64,000 nt of DNA, taken from assembly GCF_964355755.1 (NCBI RefSeq), contig NC_092676.1, forward strand, positions 13,068,771 through 13,132,770. The letters are read 5' to 3'. This DNA is from Antedon mediterranea. Its lineage: Eukaryota > Animalia > Echinodermata. Each line of letters starts with the position of its first letter. Position 1 is the stretch's first letter. The translations under genes and the position numbers were made by a program. A model generated the notes under the pieces. That model saw only the letters and a program-made list of their open reading frames with translations, did not search any database and was not told the DNA's origin. Shown piece by piece: positions 11,201 through 26,289 of the stretch.

Positions 11201-14200
11201 GCATTTCGATGAAACTTGGTTACACAAAAACATCAAAGTGCTTAAAATCACATTTGAAACCGTTTTAGACCATTTTGAGCATTTCGATAAAACTTTTCAG
11301 ACTAAAAAATCAAAGTGCACAAAATAGCTTCAAATCGCATTTGGAGACGTTTTAGACTATTTTGTGCATTTCGAAAAAATTTGTTAACATAAAAAGACCA
11401 AAGTGTTTAGAATATCTCCAAATCGCATTTAGAGACGTTTTAGACCATTTTGGGCATTTCGATGGAACTTGGTTACACAAAAACATCAAAGTGCTTAAAA
11501 TCACATTTAAAACCGTTTTAGAGCATTTTGAGCATTTCGATAAAACTTTTCACACAAAAACATCAAAGTGTACAATATAGCTTCAAATCGCATTTAGAGA
11601 GGTTTTAGACCATTTTGTGCATTTCGATAAATCTTTTCACACAAAAACATCAAAGTGTACAAAATAACTTCAAATCGTATTTAGAGACGTTTTAGACCAT
11701 TTTGTGCATTTTGATAAAACTTTTCACACAAAAACATCAAATTGCACAAAATAGCTTAATATCGTGTTTGAAAACGTTTTAAACCATTTTGAGCATGTCG
11801 ATAAAACTTTTCACACAAAAACATCAAATTGCACAAAATAGCTTAATATCGTGTTTGAAAACGTTTTAAACCATTTTGAGCATGTCGATAAAACTTTTCA
11901 CACAAAAATATCAAAGTGCACAGAATATCTTCAAATCGCATTTAGAGACGTTTTAGACCATTTTGTGCATTTCGAAAAAATTTGTTAACATAAAAAGACC
12001 AAAGTGTTTAGAATATCTCCAAATCGCATTTGGAGACGTTTTAGACCATTTTGTGCATTTCGATGACACTTGGTTACACAAAAACATCAAAGTGCTTAAA
12101 ATCACATTTAAAACCGTTTTAGAGCGTTTTGAGCATTTCGATAAACTTTTCAAACAAAAACATCAAAGTGTACAAAATAGCTTCAAATCGTATTTGGAGA
12201 CGTTTTAGACCATTTTGTGCGTTTCGATGAATCTTGGTTACACAAAAACATCAAAGTGCTTAAAATCAAATTTAAAACCGTTTTAGTGCATTTTGAGCAT
12301 TTCGATAAAACTTTTCACACAAAAACATCAAAGTGCACAAAATAGCTTCAAATCGCATTTAGAGATGTTTTAGACCATTTTGTGCGTTTCGATAAAACTT
12401 TTCACACAAAAACATCAAATTGCACAAAATAGCTTAATATCGTGTTTGAAAACGTTTTAGACCATTTTGAGCATGTCGATAAAACTTTTCACACAAAAAC
12501 ATAAAAGTGCACAGAATAGCTTCAAATCGCATTTGGAGACGTTTTAGACCATTTTGTGATTTTCGAAAAACTTTTCACACAAAAACATCAAAGTGTAGAA
12601 AATTGCTTCAAATCGCAAAAAAAATGTTTTGAGAGATGTTTTAAAACAATTTTGTGCATTTCGAAAAAATTTGTTAACATAAAAAGACCAAAGTGTTTAG
12701 AATATCTCCAAATCGCATTTGGAGACGTTTTAGACCATTTTGTGCATTTCGATGACACTTGGTTACACAAAAACATCAAAGTGCTTAAAATCACATTTAA
12801 AACCGTTTTAGAGCATTTTTAGCATTTCGATAATACTTTTCACACAAAAACATCAAAGTGTACAAAATAGCTTCAAATCGCATTTGGAGACGTTTTAGAC
12901 CATTTTGTGCGTTTCGATGAATCTTGGTTACACAAAAACATCAAAGTGCTTAAAATCACATTTAAAACCGTTTTAGTGCATTTTGAGCATTTCGATAAAA
13001 CTTTTCACACAAAAACATCAAATTGCACAAAATAGCTTAATATCGTGTTTGAAAACGTTTTAGACCATTTTGAGCATGTCGATAAAACTTTTCACACAAA
13101 AACATAAAAGTGAACAGAATATCTTCAAATCGCATTTAGAGATGTTTTAGACCATTTTGTGCGTTTCGATAAAACTTCTCACACAAAAAAATCAAAGTGC
13201 ACAAAATAGCTTCAAATCGCATTTGGAGACGTTTTAGACTATTTTGTGCATTTCGAAAAAATTTGTTAACATAAAAAGATCAAAGTGTTTAGAATAACTC
13301 CAAATCGCATTTGGAGACGTTTTAAACCATTTTGTGCATTTCGATGGAACTTGGTTACACAAAAACATCAAAGTGCTTAAAATCACATTTAAAACCGTTT
13401 TAGAGCATTTTGAGCATTTCGATAAAACTTTTCACACAAAAACATCAAAGTGTACAAAATAGCTTCAAATCGCATTTAGAGAGGTTTTAGACCATTTTGT
13501 GCATTTCGATAAAACTTTTCACACAAAAACATCAAAGTGTACAAAATAGCTTCAAATCGCATTTAGAGACGTTTTAGACCATTTTCTGCATTTCGATAAA
13601 ACTTTTCACACAAAAACATCAAATTGCACAAAATAGCTTAATACCGTGTTTGAAATCGTTTTAAACCATTTTGAGCATGTCGATAAAACTTTTCACAAAA
13701 AAACATCAAAGTGCACAGAATAGCTTCAAATCGCATTTAGAGAAGTTTTAGACCATTTTGTGCATTTCGATAAAACTTTTCACACAAAAACATCAAATTG
13801 CACAAAATAGCTTAATATCGTGTTTGAAAACGTTTTAAACCATTTTGAGCATGTCGATAAAACTTTTCACACAAAAATATCAAAGTGCACAGAATATCTT
13901 CAAATCGCATTTAGAGACGTTTTAGACCATTTTGTGCATTTCGAAAAAATTTGTTAACATAAAAAGACCAAAGTGTTTAGAATATCTCCAAATCGCATTT
14001 GGAGACGTTTTAGACCATTTTGTGCATTTCGATGAAACTTGGTTACACAAAAACATCAAAGTGCTTAAAATCACATTTGAAACCGTTTTAGAGCATTTTG
14101 AGCATTTCGATAAAACTTTTCACACAAAAACATCAAAGTGTACAAAATAGCTTCAAATCACATTTGCAACCGTTTTAGACCATATTGAGCATTTCGATAA

Positions 14201-17194
14201 AACTTTTCACACAAAAACATCAAAGTGTACAAAATAGCTTCAAATCGCATTTGGAGACGTTTTAGACCATTTTGTGCATTTCGATGAAACTTGGTTACAC
14301 AAAAACATCAAAGTGCTTAAAATCACATTTGAAAGCGTTTTAGAGCATTTTTAGCATTTCGATAATACTTTTCACACAAAAACATCAAAGTGCACAAAAT
14401 AGCTTCAAATCGCATTTAGAGATGTTTTAGACTATTTTGTGCATTTCGAAAAAATTTGTTAACATAAAAAGACCAAAGTGTTTAGAATATCTCCAAATCG
14501 CATTTAGAGACGTTTTAGACCATTTTGTGCATTTCGATGAAACTTGGTTACACAAAAACATCAAAGTGCTTAAAATCACATTTGAAACCGTTTTAGAGCA
14601 TTTTGAGCATTTCGATAAAACTTTTCAAACAAAAACATCAAAGTGTACAAAATAGCTTCAAATCACATTTGAAACCGTTTTAGACCATTTTGAGCATTTC
14701 GATAAAACTTTTCACACAAAAACATCAAAGTGTACAAAATAGCTTCAAATCGCATTTGGAGACGTTTTAGACCATTTTGTGCATTTCGATGAAACTTGGT
14801 TACACAAAAACATCAAAGTGCTTAAAATCACATTTGAAACCGTTTTAGAGCATTTTTAGCATTTCGATAATACTTTTCACACAAAACATCAAAGTGTACA
14901 AAATAGCTTCAAATCGCATTTGGAGACGTTTTAGACCATTTTGTGCATTTCGATGAAACTTGGTTACACAAAAACATCAAAGTGCTTAAAATCACATTTG
15001 AAACCGTTTTAGACCATTTTGAGCATTTCGATAAAACTTTTCACACACAAAAATCAAAGTGCACAAAATAGCTTCAAATCGCATTTGGGGACGTTTTAGA
15101 CTATTTTGTGCATTTCGAAAAAAATTGTTAACATAAAAAGACCAAAGTGTTTAGAATATCTCCAAATCGCATTTGGAGACGTTTTAAACCATTTTGTGCA
15201 TTTCGATGGAACTTGGTTACACAAAAACATCAAAGTGCTTAAAATCACATTTAAAACCGTTTTAGAGCATTTTTAGCATTTCGATAAAACTTTTCACACA
15301 AAAACATCAAAGTGTACAAAATAGCTTCAAATCGCATTTAGAGAGGTTTTAGACAATTTTGTGCATTTCGATAAAACTTTTCACACAAAAACATCAAAGT
15401 GTACAAAATAGCTTCAAATTGCATTTAGAGACGTTTTAGACCATTTTGTGCATTTCGATAAAACTTTTCACACAAAAACATCAAATTGCACAAAATCGTT
15501 TTAAACCATTTTAAATCGTTTTAAACCATTTTGAGCATGTCGATAAAACTTTTCACAAAAAACATCAAAGTGCACAGAATAGCTTCAAATTGCATTTGGA
15601 GACGTTTTAGAGCATTTTGTGCATTTCGATAAAATGTGTTAACATAAAAAGACCAAAGTGTTTAGAATATCTTCAAATCACATTTGGAGACGTTTTAGAC
15701 CATTTTTTGCATTTCGATGAAACTTGGTTACACAAAAACATCAAAGTGCTTAAAATCACATTTGAAACCGTTTTAGAGCATTTTGAGCATTTCGATAAAA
15801 CTTTTCAAACAAAAACATCAAAGTGTACAAAATAGCTTCAAATCACATTTGAAACCGTTTTAGACCATTTTGAGCATTTCGATAAAACTTTTCACACAAA
15901 AACATCAAAGTGTACAAAATAGCTTCAAATCGCATTTGGAGACGTTTTAGACCATTTTGTGCATTTCGATGAAACTTGGTTACACAAAAACATCAAAGTG
16001 CTTAAAATCACATTTGAAACCGTTTTAGAGCATTTTTAGCATTTCGATAATACTTTTCACACAAAACATCAAAGTGTACAAAATAGCTTCAAATCGCATT
16101 TGGAGACGTTTTAGACCATTTTGTGCATTTCGATGAAACTTGGTTACACAAAAACATCAAAGTGCTTAAAATCACATTTGAAACCGTTTTAGACCATTTT
16201 GAGCATTTCGATAAAACTTTTCACACAAAAAAATCAAAGTGCACAAAATAGCTTCAAATCGCATTTGGGGACGTTTTAGACTATTTTGTGCATTTCGAAA
16301 AAAATTGTTAACATAAAAAGACCAAAGTGTTTAGAATATCTCCAAATCGCATTTAGAGAGGTTTTAGACCATTTTGTGCATTTCGATAAAACTTTTCACA
16401 CAAAAACATCAAATTGCACAAAATAGCTTAATATCGTGTTTGAAAACGTTTTAAACCATTTTGAGCATGTCGATAAAACTTTTCACACAAAAATATCAAA
16501 GTGCACAGAATATCTTCAAATCGCATTTAGAGACGTTTTAGACCATTTTGTGCATTTCGAAAAAATTTGTTAACATAAAAAGACCAAAGTGTTTAGAATA
16601 TCTCCAAATCGCATTTGGAGACGTTTTAGACCATTTTGTGCATTTCAATGAAACTTGGTTACACAAAAACATCAAAGTGCTTAAAATCACATTTGAAACG
16701 GTTTTAGAGCATTTTTAGCATTTCGATAATACTTTTCACACAAAAACATCAAAGTGTACAAAATAGCTTCAAATCGCATTTGGAGACGTTTTAGACCATT
16801 TTGTGCATTTCGATGAAACTTGGTTACACAAAAACATCAAAGTGCTTAAAATCACATTTGAAACCGTTTTAGACCATTTTGAGCATTTCGATAAAACTTT
16901 TCACACAAAAAAAATCAAAGTGCACAAAATAGCTTCAAATCGCATTTGGAGACGTTTTAGACTATTTTGTGCATTTCGAAAAAATTTGTTAACATAAAAA
17001 GATCAAAGTGTTTAGAATAACTCCAAATCGCATTTGGAGACGTTTTAAACCATTTTGTGCATTTCGATGGAACTTGGTTACACAAAAACATCAAAGTGCT
17101 TAAAATCACATTTAAAACCGTTTTAGAGCATTTTGAGCATTTCGATAAAACTTTTCACACAAAAACATCAAAGTGTACAAAATAGCTTCAAATC

Positions 17195-20100
17195 GCATTT
17201 AGAGACGTTTTAGACCATTTTGTGCATTTCGATGAAACTTGGTTACACAAAAACATGAAATTGCTTAAAATCACATTTGAAACCGTTTTAGACCATTTTG
17301 AGCATTTCGATAAAACTTTTCACACAAAAAAATCAAAGTGCACAAAATAGCTTCAAATCGCATTTGGAGACGTTTTAGACTATTTTGTGCATTTTGAACA
17401 AATTTGTTAACATAAAAAGACCAAAGTGTTTAGAATATCTCCAAATCGCATTTGGAGACGTTTTAAACCATTTTGTGCATTTCGATGGAACTTGGTTACA
17501 CAAAAACATCAAAGTGCTTAAAATCACATTTAAAACCGTTTTAGAGCATTTTGAGCATTTCGATAAAACTTTTCACACAAAAACATCAAATTGCACAAAA
17601 TAGCTTAATACCGTGTTTGAAATCGTTTTAAACCATTTTGAGCATGTCGATAAAACTTTACACAAAAAAACATCAAAGTGCACAGAATAGCTTCAAATCG
17701 CATTTGGAGATGTTTTAAACCATTTTGTGCATTTCAATAAAACTTTTCACATAAAAACAACAAAGTGTACAAAATAGCTTCAAATCGCATTTAGAGACGT
17801 TTTAGACCATTTTGGGCATTTCGATGAAACTTGGTTACACAAATACATAAAAATGCTTAAAATCACATTTCAAACCGTTTTAGAGCATTTTGAGCATTTC
17901 GATAAAACTTTTCACACAAAAACATCAAAGTGCACAAAATAGCTTCAAATCGCATTTAGAGATGTTTTAGACCATTTTGTGCAATTCGATAAAACTTTTC
18001 ACACAAAAACATCAAATTGCACAAAATAGCTTAATATCGTGTTTGAAAACGTTTTAGACCATTTTGAGCATGTCGATAAAACTTTTCACACAAAAACATA
18101 AAAGTGAACAGAATAGCTTCAAATCGCATTTGGAGACGTTTTAGAGCATTTTGTGCATTTCGATAAAATGTGTTAACATAAAAAGACCAAAGTGTTTAGA
18201 ATATCTTCAAATCACATTTGGAGACGTTTTAGACCATTTTTTGCATTTCGATGAAACTTGGTTACACAAAAACATCAAAGTGCTTAAAATCACATTTAAA
18301 ACCGTTTTAGAGCATTTTGAGCATTTCGATAAAACTTTTCACACAAAAACATCAAAGTGTACAAAATAGCTTCAAATCGCATTTAGAGAGGTTTTAGACC
18401 ATTTTGTGCATTTCGATAAAACTTTTCACACAAAAACATCAAAGTGTACAAAATAACTTCAAATCGTATTTAGAGACGTTTTAGACCATTTTGTGCATTT
18501 TGATAAAACTTTTCACACAAAAACATCAAATTGCACAAAATAGCTTAATATCGTGTTTGAAAACGTTTTAAACCATTTTGAGCATGTCGATAAAACTTTT
18601 CACACAAAAATATCAAAGTGCCCAGAATATCTTCAAATCGCATTTAGAGACGTTTTAGACCATTTTGTGCATTTCGAAAAAATTTGTTAACATAAAAAGA
18701 CCAAAGTGTTTAGAATATCTCCAAATCGCATTTGGAGACGTTTTTGACCATTTTGTGTTTTTCGAAAAAACTTTTCACACAAAAACATCAAAGTGTACAA
18801 AATTCCTTCAAATCGCATTTGGAGACGTTTTAGACCATTTTGTGATTTTCGAAAAACTTTTCACACAAAAACATCAAAGTGTAGAAAATTGCTTCAAATC
18901 GCATTTAGAGATGTTTTAGACCATTTTGTGCATTTCGAAAAAAATTGTTAACATAAAAAGACCAAAGTGTTTAGAATATCTCCAAATCGCATTTGGAGAC
19001 GTTTTAGACCATTTTGTGCATTTCGATGACACTTGGTTACACAAAAACATCAAAGTGCTTAAAATCACATTTAAAACCGTTTTAGAGCGTTTTGAGCATT
19101 TCGATAAACTTTTCAAACAAAAACATCAAAGTGTACAAAATAGCTTCAAATCGTATTTGGAGACGTTTTAGACCATTTTGTGCGTTTCGATGAATCTTGG
19201 TTACACAAAAACATCAAAGTGCTTAAAATCAAATTTAAAACCGTTTTAGTGCATTTTGAGCATTTCGATAAAACTTTTCACACAAAAACATCAAAGTGCA
19301 CAAAATAACTTCAAATCGCATTTAGAGATGTTTTAGACCATTTTGTGCGTTTCGATAAAACTTTTCACACAAAAACATCAAATTGCACAAAATAGCTTAA
19401 TATCGTGTTTGAAAACGTTTTAGACCATTTTGAGCATGTCGATAAAACTTTTCACACAAAAACATAAAAGTGCACAGAATAGCTTCAAATCGCATTTGGA
19501 GACGTTTTAGACCATTTTGTGCATTTCGAAAAAACTTTTTAACATAAAAACACCAAAGTGCTTAGAATAGCTTCAAATCGCATTTGGAGACGTTTTAGAC
19601 CATTTTGTGCATTTCGATGGAACTTGGTTACACAAAAACATCAAAGTGCTTAAAATCACATTTGAAACCGTTTTAGAGCATTTTGAGCATTTCGATAAAA
19701 CTTTTCACACAAAAACATCAAAGTGTACAAAATAGCTTCAAATCACATTTGAAACCGTTTTAGACCATTTTGAGCATTTCGATAAAACTTTTCACACAAA
19801 AACATCAAGGTGTACAAAATAGCTTCAAATCGCATTTGGAGACGTTTTAGACCATTTTGTGCATTTCGATGAAACTTGGTTACACAAAAACATCAAAGTG
19901 CTTAAAATCACATTTGAAACCGTTTTAGACCATTTTGAGCGTTTCGATAAAACTTTTCACACAAATAAATCAGAGTGCACAAAATAGCTTCAAATCGCAT
20001 TTGGAGACGTTTTAGACTATTTTGTGCATTTCGAAAAAATTTGTTAACATAAAAAGACCAAAGTGTTTAGAATATCTCCAAATCGCATTTGGAGACGTTT

Positions 20101-21740
20101 TAAACCATTTTGTGCATTTCGATGGAACTTGGTTACACAAAAACATCAAAGTGCTTAAAATCACATTTAAAACCGTTTTAGAGCATTTTGAGCACTTCGA
20201 TAAAACTTTTCACACAAAAACATCAAAGTGTACAAAATAGCTTCAAATCGCATTTAGAGACGTTTTAGTCCATTTTGTGCATTTTGATAAAACTTTTCAC
20301 ACAAAAACATCAAATTGCACAAAATAGCTTAATATTGTGTTTTAAAACGTTTTAAACCATTTTGAGCATGTCGATAAAACTTTTCACACAAAAATATCAA
20401 AGTGCCCAGAATATCTTCAAATCGCATTTAGAGACGTTTTAGACCATTTTGTGCATTTCGAAAAAATTTGTTAACATAAAAACACCAAAGTGTTTAGATT
20501 ATCTCCAAATCGCATTTGGAGACGTTTTAGACCATTTTGTGTTTTTCGAAAAAACTTTTCACACAAAAACATCAAAGTGTACAAAATTGCTTCAAATCGC
20601 ATTTAGAGAGGTTTTAGACCATTTTGTGCATTTCGATAAAACTTTTCACACAAAAACATCAAAGTGCACAGAATATCTTAATACCGTGTCTGAAATCGTT
20701 TTAAACCATTTTGAGCATGTCGATAAAACTTTTCACACAAAAACATCAAAGTGCACAGAATATCTTCAAATCGCATTTAGAGACGTTTTAGACCATTTTG
20801 TGCATTTCGAAAAAATTTGTTAACATAAAAAGACCAAAGTGTTTAGAATATCTCCAAATCGCATTTGGAGACGTTTTAGACCATTTTGTGCATTTCGATG
20901 AAACTTGGTTACACAAAAACATCAAAGTGCTTAAAATCACATTTGAAACCGTTTTAGAGCATTTTGAGCATTTCGATAAAACTTTTCACACAAAAACATC
21001 AAAGTGTACAAAATAGCTTCAAATCACATTTGAAACCGTTTTAGACCATTTTGAGCATTTCGATAAAACTTTTCACACAAAAACATCAAAGTGTATAGAA
21101 TAGCTTCAAATCGCATTTGGAGACGTTTTAGACCATTTTGTGCATTTCGATGAAACTTGGTTACACAAAAACATCAAAGTGCTTAAAATCACATTTGAAA
21201 CCGTTTTAGAGCATTTTTAACATTTCGATAATACTTTTCACACAAAAACATCAAAGTGTACAAAATAGCTTCAAATCGCATTTGGAGACGTTTTAGACCA
21301 TTTTGTGCATTTCGATGAAACTTGGTAACACAAAAACATCAAAGTGCTTAAAATCACATTTGAAACCGTTTTAGAGCATTTTGAGCATTTCGATAAAACT
21401 TTTCACACAAAAAAATCAAAGTGCACAAAATAGCTTCAAATCGCATTTGGAGAGGTTTTAGACCATTTTGTGCATTTCGATAAAACTTTTCACACAAAAA
21501 CATCAAAGTGTACAAAATAGCTTCAAATCGCATTTAGAGACGTTTTAGACCATTTTGTGCATTTCGATGAAACTTGGTTACACAAAAACATCAAAGTGCT
21601 TAAAATCACATTTAAAACCGTTTTAGAGCGTTTTGAGCATTTCGATAAACTTTTTACACAAAAACATCAAAGTGCACAAAATAGCTTCAAATCGCATTTA
21701 GAGATGTTTTAGACCATTTTTTGCATTTCGATAAAACTTG
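17195..21740 (+). repeat. Higher-order block recurring at ~45950-50160 (offset 28753/28754) and ~58930-63985 (offset 41734, then 42245 after a 511-bp insertion)
   Basis: ORF series 17385/18151/18665/18926/20022/20449/20798 matches 46138/46904/47418/47679/48776/49203/49552 and 59119/59885/60910/61171/62267/62694/63043. Shared markers catgaaattgct, ttgaacaaat and aaattccttc. Confidence 0.88.
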
Positions 21741-24700
21741 GTTACACAAAAACATCAAAGTGCTTAAAATCACATTTGAAACCGTTTTAGAGCATTTTGA
21801 GCATTTCGATAAACTTTTTACACAAAAACATCAAAGTGCACAAAATAGCTTCAAATCGCATTTAGAGATGTTTTAGACCATTTTGTGCATTTCGATAAAA
21901 CTTTTCACACAAAAACATCAAATTGCACAAAATAGCTTAATACCGTGTTTGAAATCATTTTAAACCATTTTGAGCATGTCGATAAAACTTTTCACACAAA
22001 AACATCAAAGTGCACAGAATATCTTCAAATCGCATTTAGAGACGTTTTAGACCATTTTGTGCATTTCGAAAAAATTTAACATAAAAAGACCAAAGTGTTT
22101 AGAATATCTCCAAATCGCAATTTGAGACGTTTTAGACCATTTTGTGCATTTCGATGAAACTTGGTTACACAAAAACATCAAAGTGCTTAAAATCACATTT
22201 GAAACCGTTTTAGAGCATTTTGAGCATTTCGATAAAACTTTTCACACAAAAACATCAAAGTGTACAAAATAGCTTCAAATCACATTTGAAACCGTTTTAG
22301 ACCATTTTGAGCATTTCGATAAAACTTTTCACACAAAAACATCAAAATGTACAAAATAGCTTCAAATCGCATTTGGAGACGTTTTAGACCATTTTGTGCA
22401 TTTCGATGAAACTTGGTTACACAAAAACATCAAAGTGCTTAAAATCACATTTGAAACCGTTTTAGAGCATTTTTAGCATTTCGATAATACTTTTCACACA
22501 AAAACATCAAAGTGTACAAAATAGCTTCAAATCGCATTTGGAGACGTTTTAGACCATTTTGTGCATTTCGATGAAACTTGGTTACACAAAAACATCAAAG
22601 TGCTTAAAATCACATTTGAAACCGTTTTAGACCATTTTGAGCATTTCGATAAAACTTTTCAGACAAAAAAATCAAAGTGCACAAAATAGCTTCAAATCGC
22701 ATTTGGGGACGTTTTAGACTATTTTGTGCATTTCGAAAAAATTTGTTAACATAAAAAGACCAAAGTGTTTAGAATATCTCCAAATCGCATTTGGAGACGT
22801 TTTAAACCATTTTGTGCATTTCGATGGAACTTGGTTACACAAAAACATCAAAGTGCTTAAAATCACATTTAAAACCGTTTTAGAGCATTTTTAGCATTTC
22901 GATAAAACTTTTCACACAAAAACATCAAAGTGTACAAAATAGCTTCAAATCGCATTTAGAGAGGTTTTAGACCATTTTGTGCATTTCGATAAAACTTTTC
23001 ACACAAAAACATCAAAGTGTACAAAATAGCTTCAAATTGCATTTAGAGACGTTTTAGACCATTTTGTGCATTTCGATAAAACTTTTCACACAAAAACATC
23101 AAATTGCACAAAATCGTTTTAAACCATTTTAAATCGTTTTAAACCATTTTGAGCATGTCGATAAAACTTTTCACAAAAAACATCAAAGTGCACAGAATAG
23201 CTTCAAATTGAATTTGGAGACGTTTTAGAGCATTTTTTGCATTTCGATAAAATGTGTTAACATAAAAAGACCAAAGTGTTTAGAATATCTTTAAATCACA
23301 TTTGGAGACATTTTAGACCATTTTTTGCATTTCGATGAAACTTGGTTACACAAAAACATCAAAGTGCTTAAAATCACATTTGAAACCGTTTTAGAGCATT
23401 TTGAGCATTTCGATAAAACTTTTCACACAAAAACATCAAAGTGTACAAAATAGCTTCAAATCGCATTTAGAGACGTTTTAGACCATTTTGTGCATTTCGA
23501 AAAAATTTGTTAACATAAAAAGACCAAAGTGTTTAGAATATCTCCAAATCGCATTTGGAGACGTTTTAGACCATTTTGTGCATTTCGATGAAACTTGGTT
23601 ACACAAAAACATCAAAGTGCTTAAAATCACATTTGAAACCGTTTTAGAGCATTTTTAGCATTTCGATAATACTTTTCACACAAAAACATCAAAGTGTACA
23701 AAATAGCTTCAAATCGCATTTGGAGACGTTTTAGACCATTTTGTGCATTTCGATGAAACTTGGTTACACAAAAACATGAAAGTGCTTAAAATCACATTTG
23801 AAACCGTTTTAGACCATTTTGAGCATTTCGATAAAACTTTTCACACAAAAAAATCAAAGTGCACAAAATAGCTTCAAATCGCATTTGGAGACGTTTTAGA
23901 CTATTTTGTGCATTTTGAAAAAATTTGTTAACATAAAAAGACCAAAGTGTTTAGAATATCTCCAAATCGCATTTGGAGACGTTTTAAACCATTTTGTGCA
24001 TTTCGATGGAACTTGGTTACACAAAAACATCAAAGTGCTTAAAATCACATTTAAAACCGTTTTAGAGCATTTTGAGCATTTCGATAAAACTTTTCACACA
24101 AAAACATCAAATTGCACAAAATAGCTTAATACCGTGTTTGAAATCGTTTTAAACCATTTTGAGCATGTCGATAAAACTTTACACAAAAAAACATCAAAGT
24201 GAACAGAATAGCTTCAAATCGCATTTGGAGACGTTTTAAACCATTTTGTGCATTTCGATAAAACTTTTCACATAAAAACAACAAAGTGTACAAAATAGCT
24301 TCAAATCGCATTTAGAGACGTTTTAGACCATTTTGGGAATTTCGATGAAACTTGGTTACACAAATACATAAAAATGCTTAAAATCACATTTCAAACCGTT
24401 TTAGAGCATTTTGAGCATTTCGATAAAACTTTTCACACAAAAACATCAAAGTGCACAAAATAGCTTCAAATCGCATTTAGAGATGTTTTAGACCATTTTG
24501 TGCAATTCGATAAAACTTTTCACACAAAAACATCAAATTGCACAAAATAGCTTAATATCGTGTTTGAAAACGTTTTAGACCATTTTGAGCATGTCGATAA
24601 AACTTTTCACACAAAAACATAAAAGTGAACAGAATAGCTTCAAATTGCATTTGGAGACGTTTTAGAGCATTTTGTGCATTTCGATAAAATGTGTTAACAT

Positions 24701-26289
24701 AAAAAGACCAAAGTGTTTAGAATATCTTCAAATCACATTTGGAGACGTACTTTAGACCATTTTTTGCATTTCGATGAAACTTGGTTACACAAAAACATCA
24801 AAGTGCTTAAAATCACATTTAAAACCGTTTTAGAGCATTTTGAGCATTTCGATAAAACTTTTCACACAAAAACATCAAAGTGTACAAAATAGCTTCAAAT
24901 CGCATTTAGAGAGGTTTTAGACCATTTTGTGCATTTCGATAAAACTTTTCACACAAAAACATCAAAGTGTACAAAATAACTTCAAATCGTATTTAGAGAC
25001 GTTTTAGACCATTTTGTGCATTTTGTTAAAACTTTTCACACAAAAACATCAAATTGCACAAAATAGCTTAATATCGTGTTTGAAAACGTTTTAAACCATT
25101 TTGAGCATGTCGATAAAACTTTTCACACAAAAATATCAAAGTGCACAGAATATCTTCAAATCGCATTTAGAGACGTTTTAGACCATTTTGTGCATTTCGA
25201 AAAAATTTGTTAACATAAAAAGACCAAAGTGTTTAGAATATCTCCAAATCGCATTTGGAGACGTTTTAGACCATTTTGTGTTTTTCGAAAAAACTTTTCA
25301 CACAAAAACATCAAAGTGTACAAAATTGCTTCAAATCGCATTTGGAGACGTTTTAGACCATTTTGTGATTTTCGAAAAACTTTTCACACAAAAACATCAA
25401 AGTGTAGAAAATTGCTTCAAATCGCAAAAAAAATGTTTTGAGAGATGTTTTAAAACAATTTTGTGCATTTCGAAAAAATTTGTTAACATAAAAAGACCAA
25501 AGTGTTTAGAATATCTCCAAATCGCATTTGGAGACGTTTTAGACCATTTTGTGCATTTCGATGACACTTGGTTACACAAAAACATCAAAGTGCTTAAAAT
25601 CACATTTAAAACCGTTTTAGAGCATTTTTAGCATTTCGATAATACTTTTCACACAAAAACATCAAAGTGTACAAAATAGCTTCAAATCGCATTTGGAGAC
25701 GTTTTAGACCATTTTGTGCGTTTCGATGAATCTTGGTTACACAAAAACATCAAAGTGCTTAAAATCACATTTAAAACCGTTTTAGTGCATTTTGAGCATT
25801 TCGATAAAACTTTTCACACAAAAACATCAAATTGCACAAAATAGCTTAATATCGTGTTTGAAAACGTTTTAGACCATTTTGAGCATGTCGATAAAACTTT
25901 TCACACAAGAACATAAAAGTGAACAGAATATCTTCAAATCGCATTTAGAGATGTTTTAGACCATTTTGTGCGTTTCGATAAAACTTCTCACACAAAAACA
26001 TCAAATTGCACAAAATAGCTTAATATCGTGTTTGAAAACGTTTTAGACCATTTTGAGCATGTCGATAAAACTTTTCACACAAAAACATAAAAGTGCACAG
26101 AATAGCTTCAAATCGTATTTGGAGACGTTTTAGACCATTTTGTGCATTTCGAAAAAACTTTTTAACATAAAAACACCAAAGTGCTTAGAATAGCTTCAAA
26201 TCGCATTTGGAGACGTTTTAGACCTTTTTGTGCATATCGATGAAACTTGGTTACACAAAAACATCAAAGTGCTTAAAATCACATTTGAA

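Noticed and set aside
20449-20823. 29-aa repeat with Cys/His (KTFHTKTSKC...LDHFVH) superficially like a C2H2 zinc-finger array
   Set aside because: There is only one Cys per unit, no CxxC, no TGEKP linker, and the period is 87 rather than 84 bp; frames are broken throughout.
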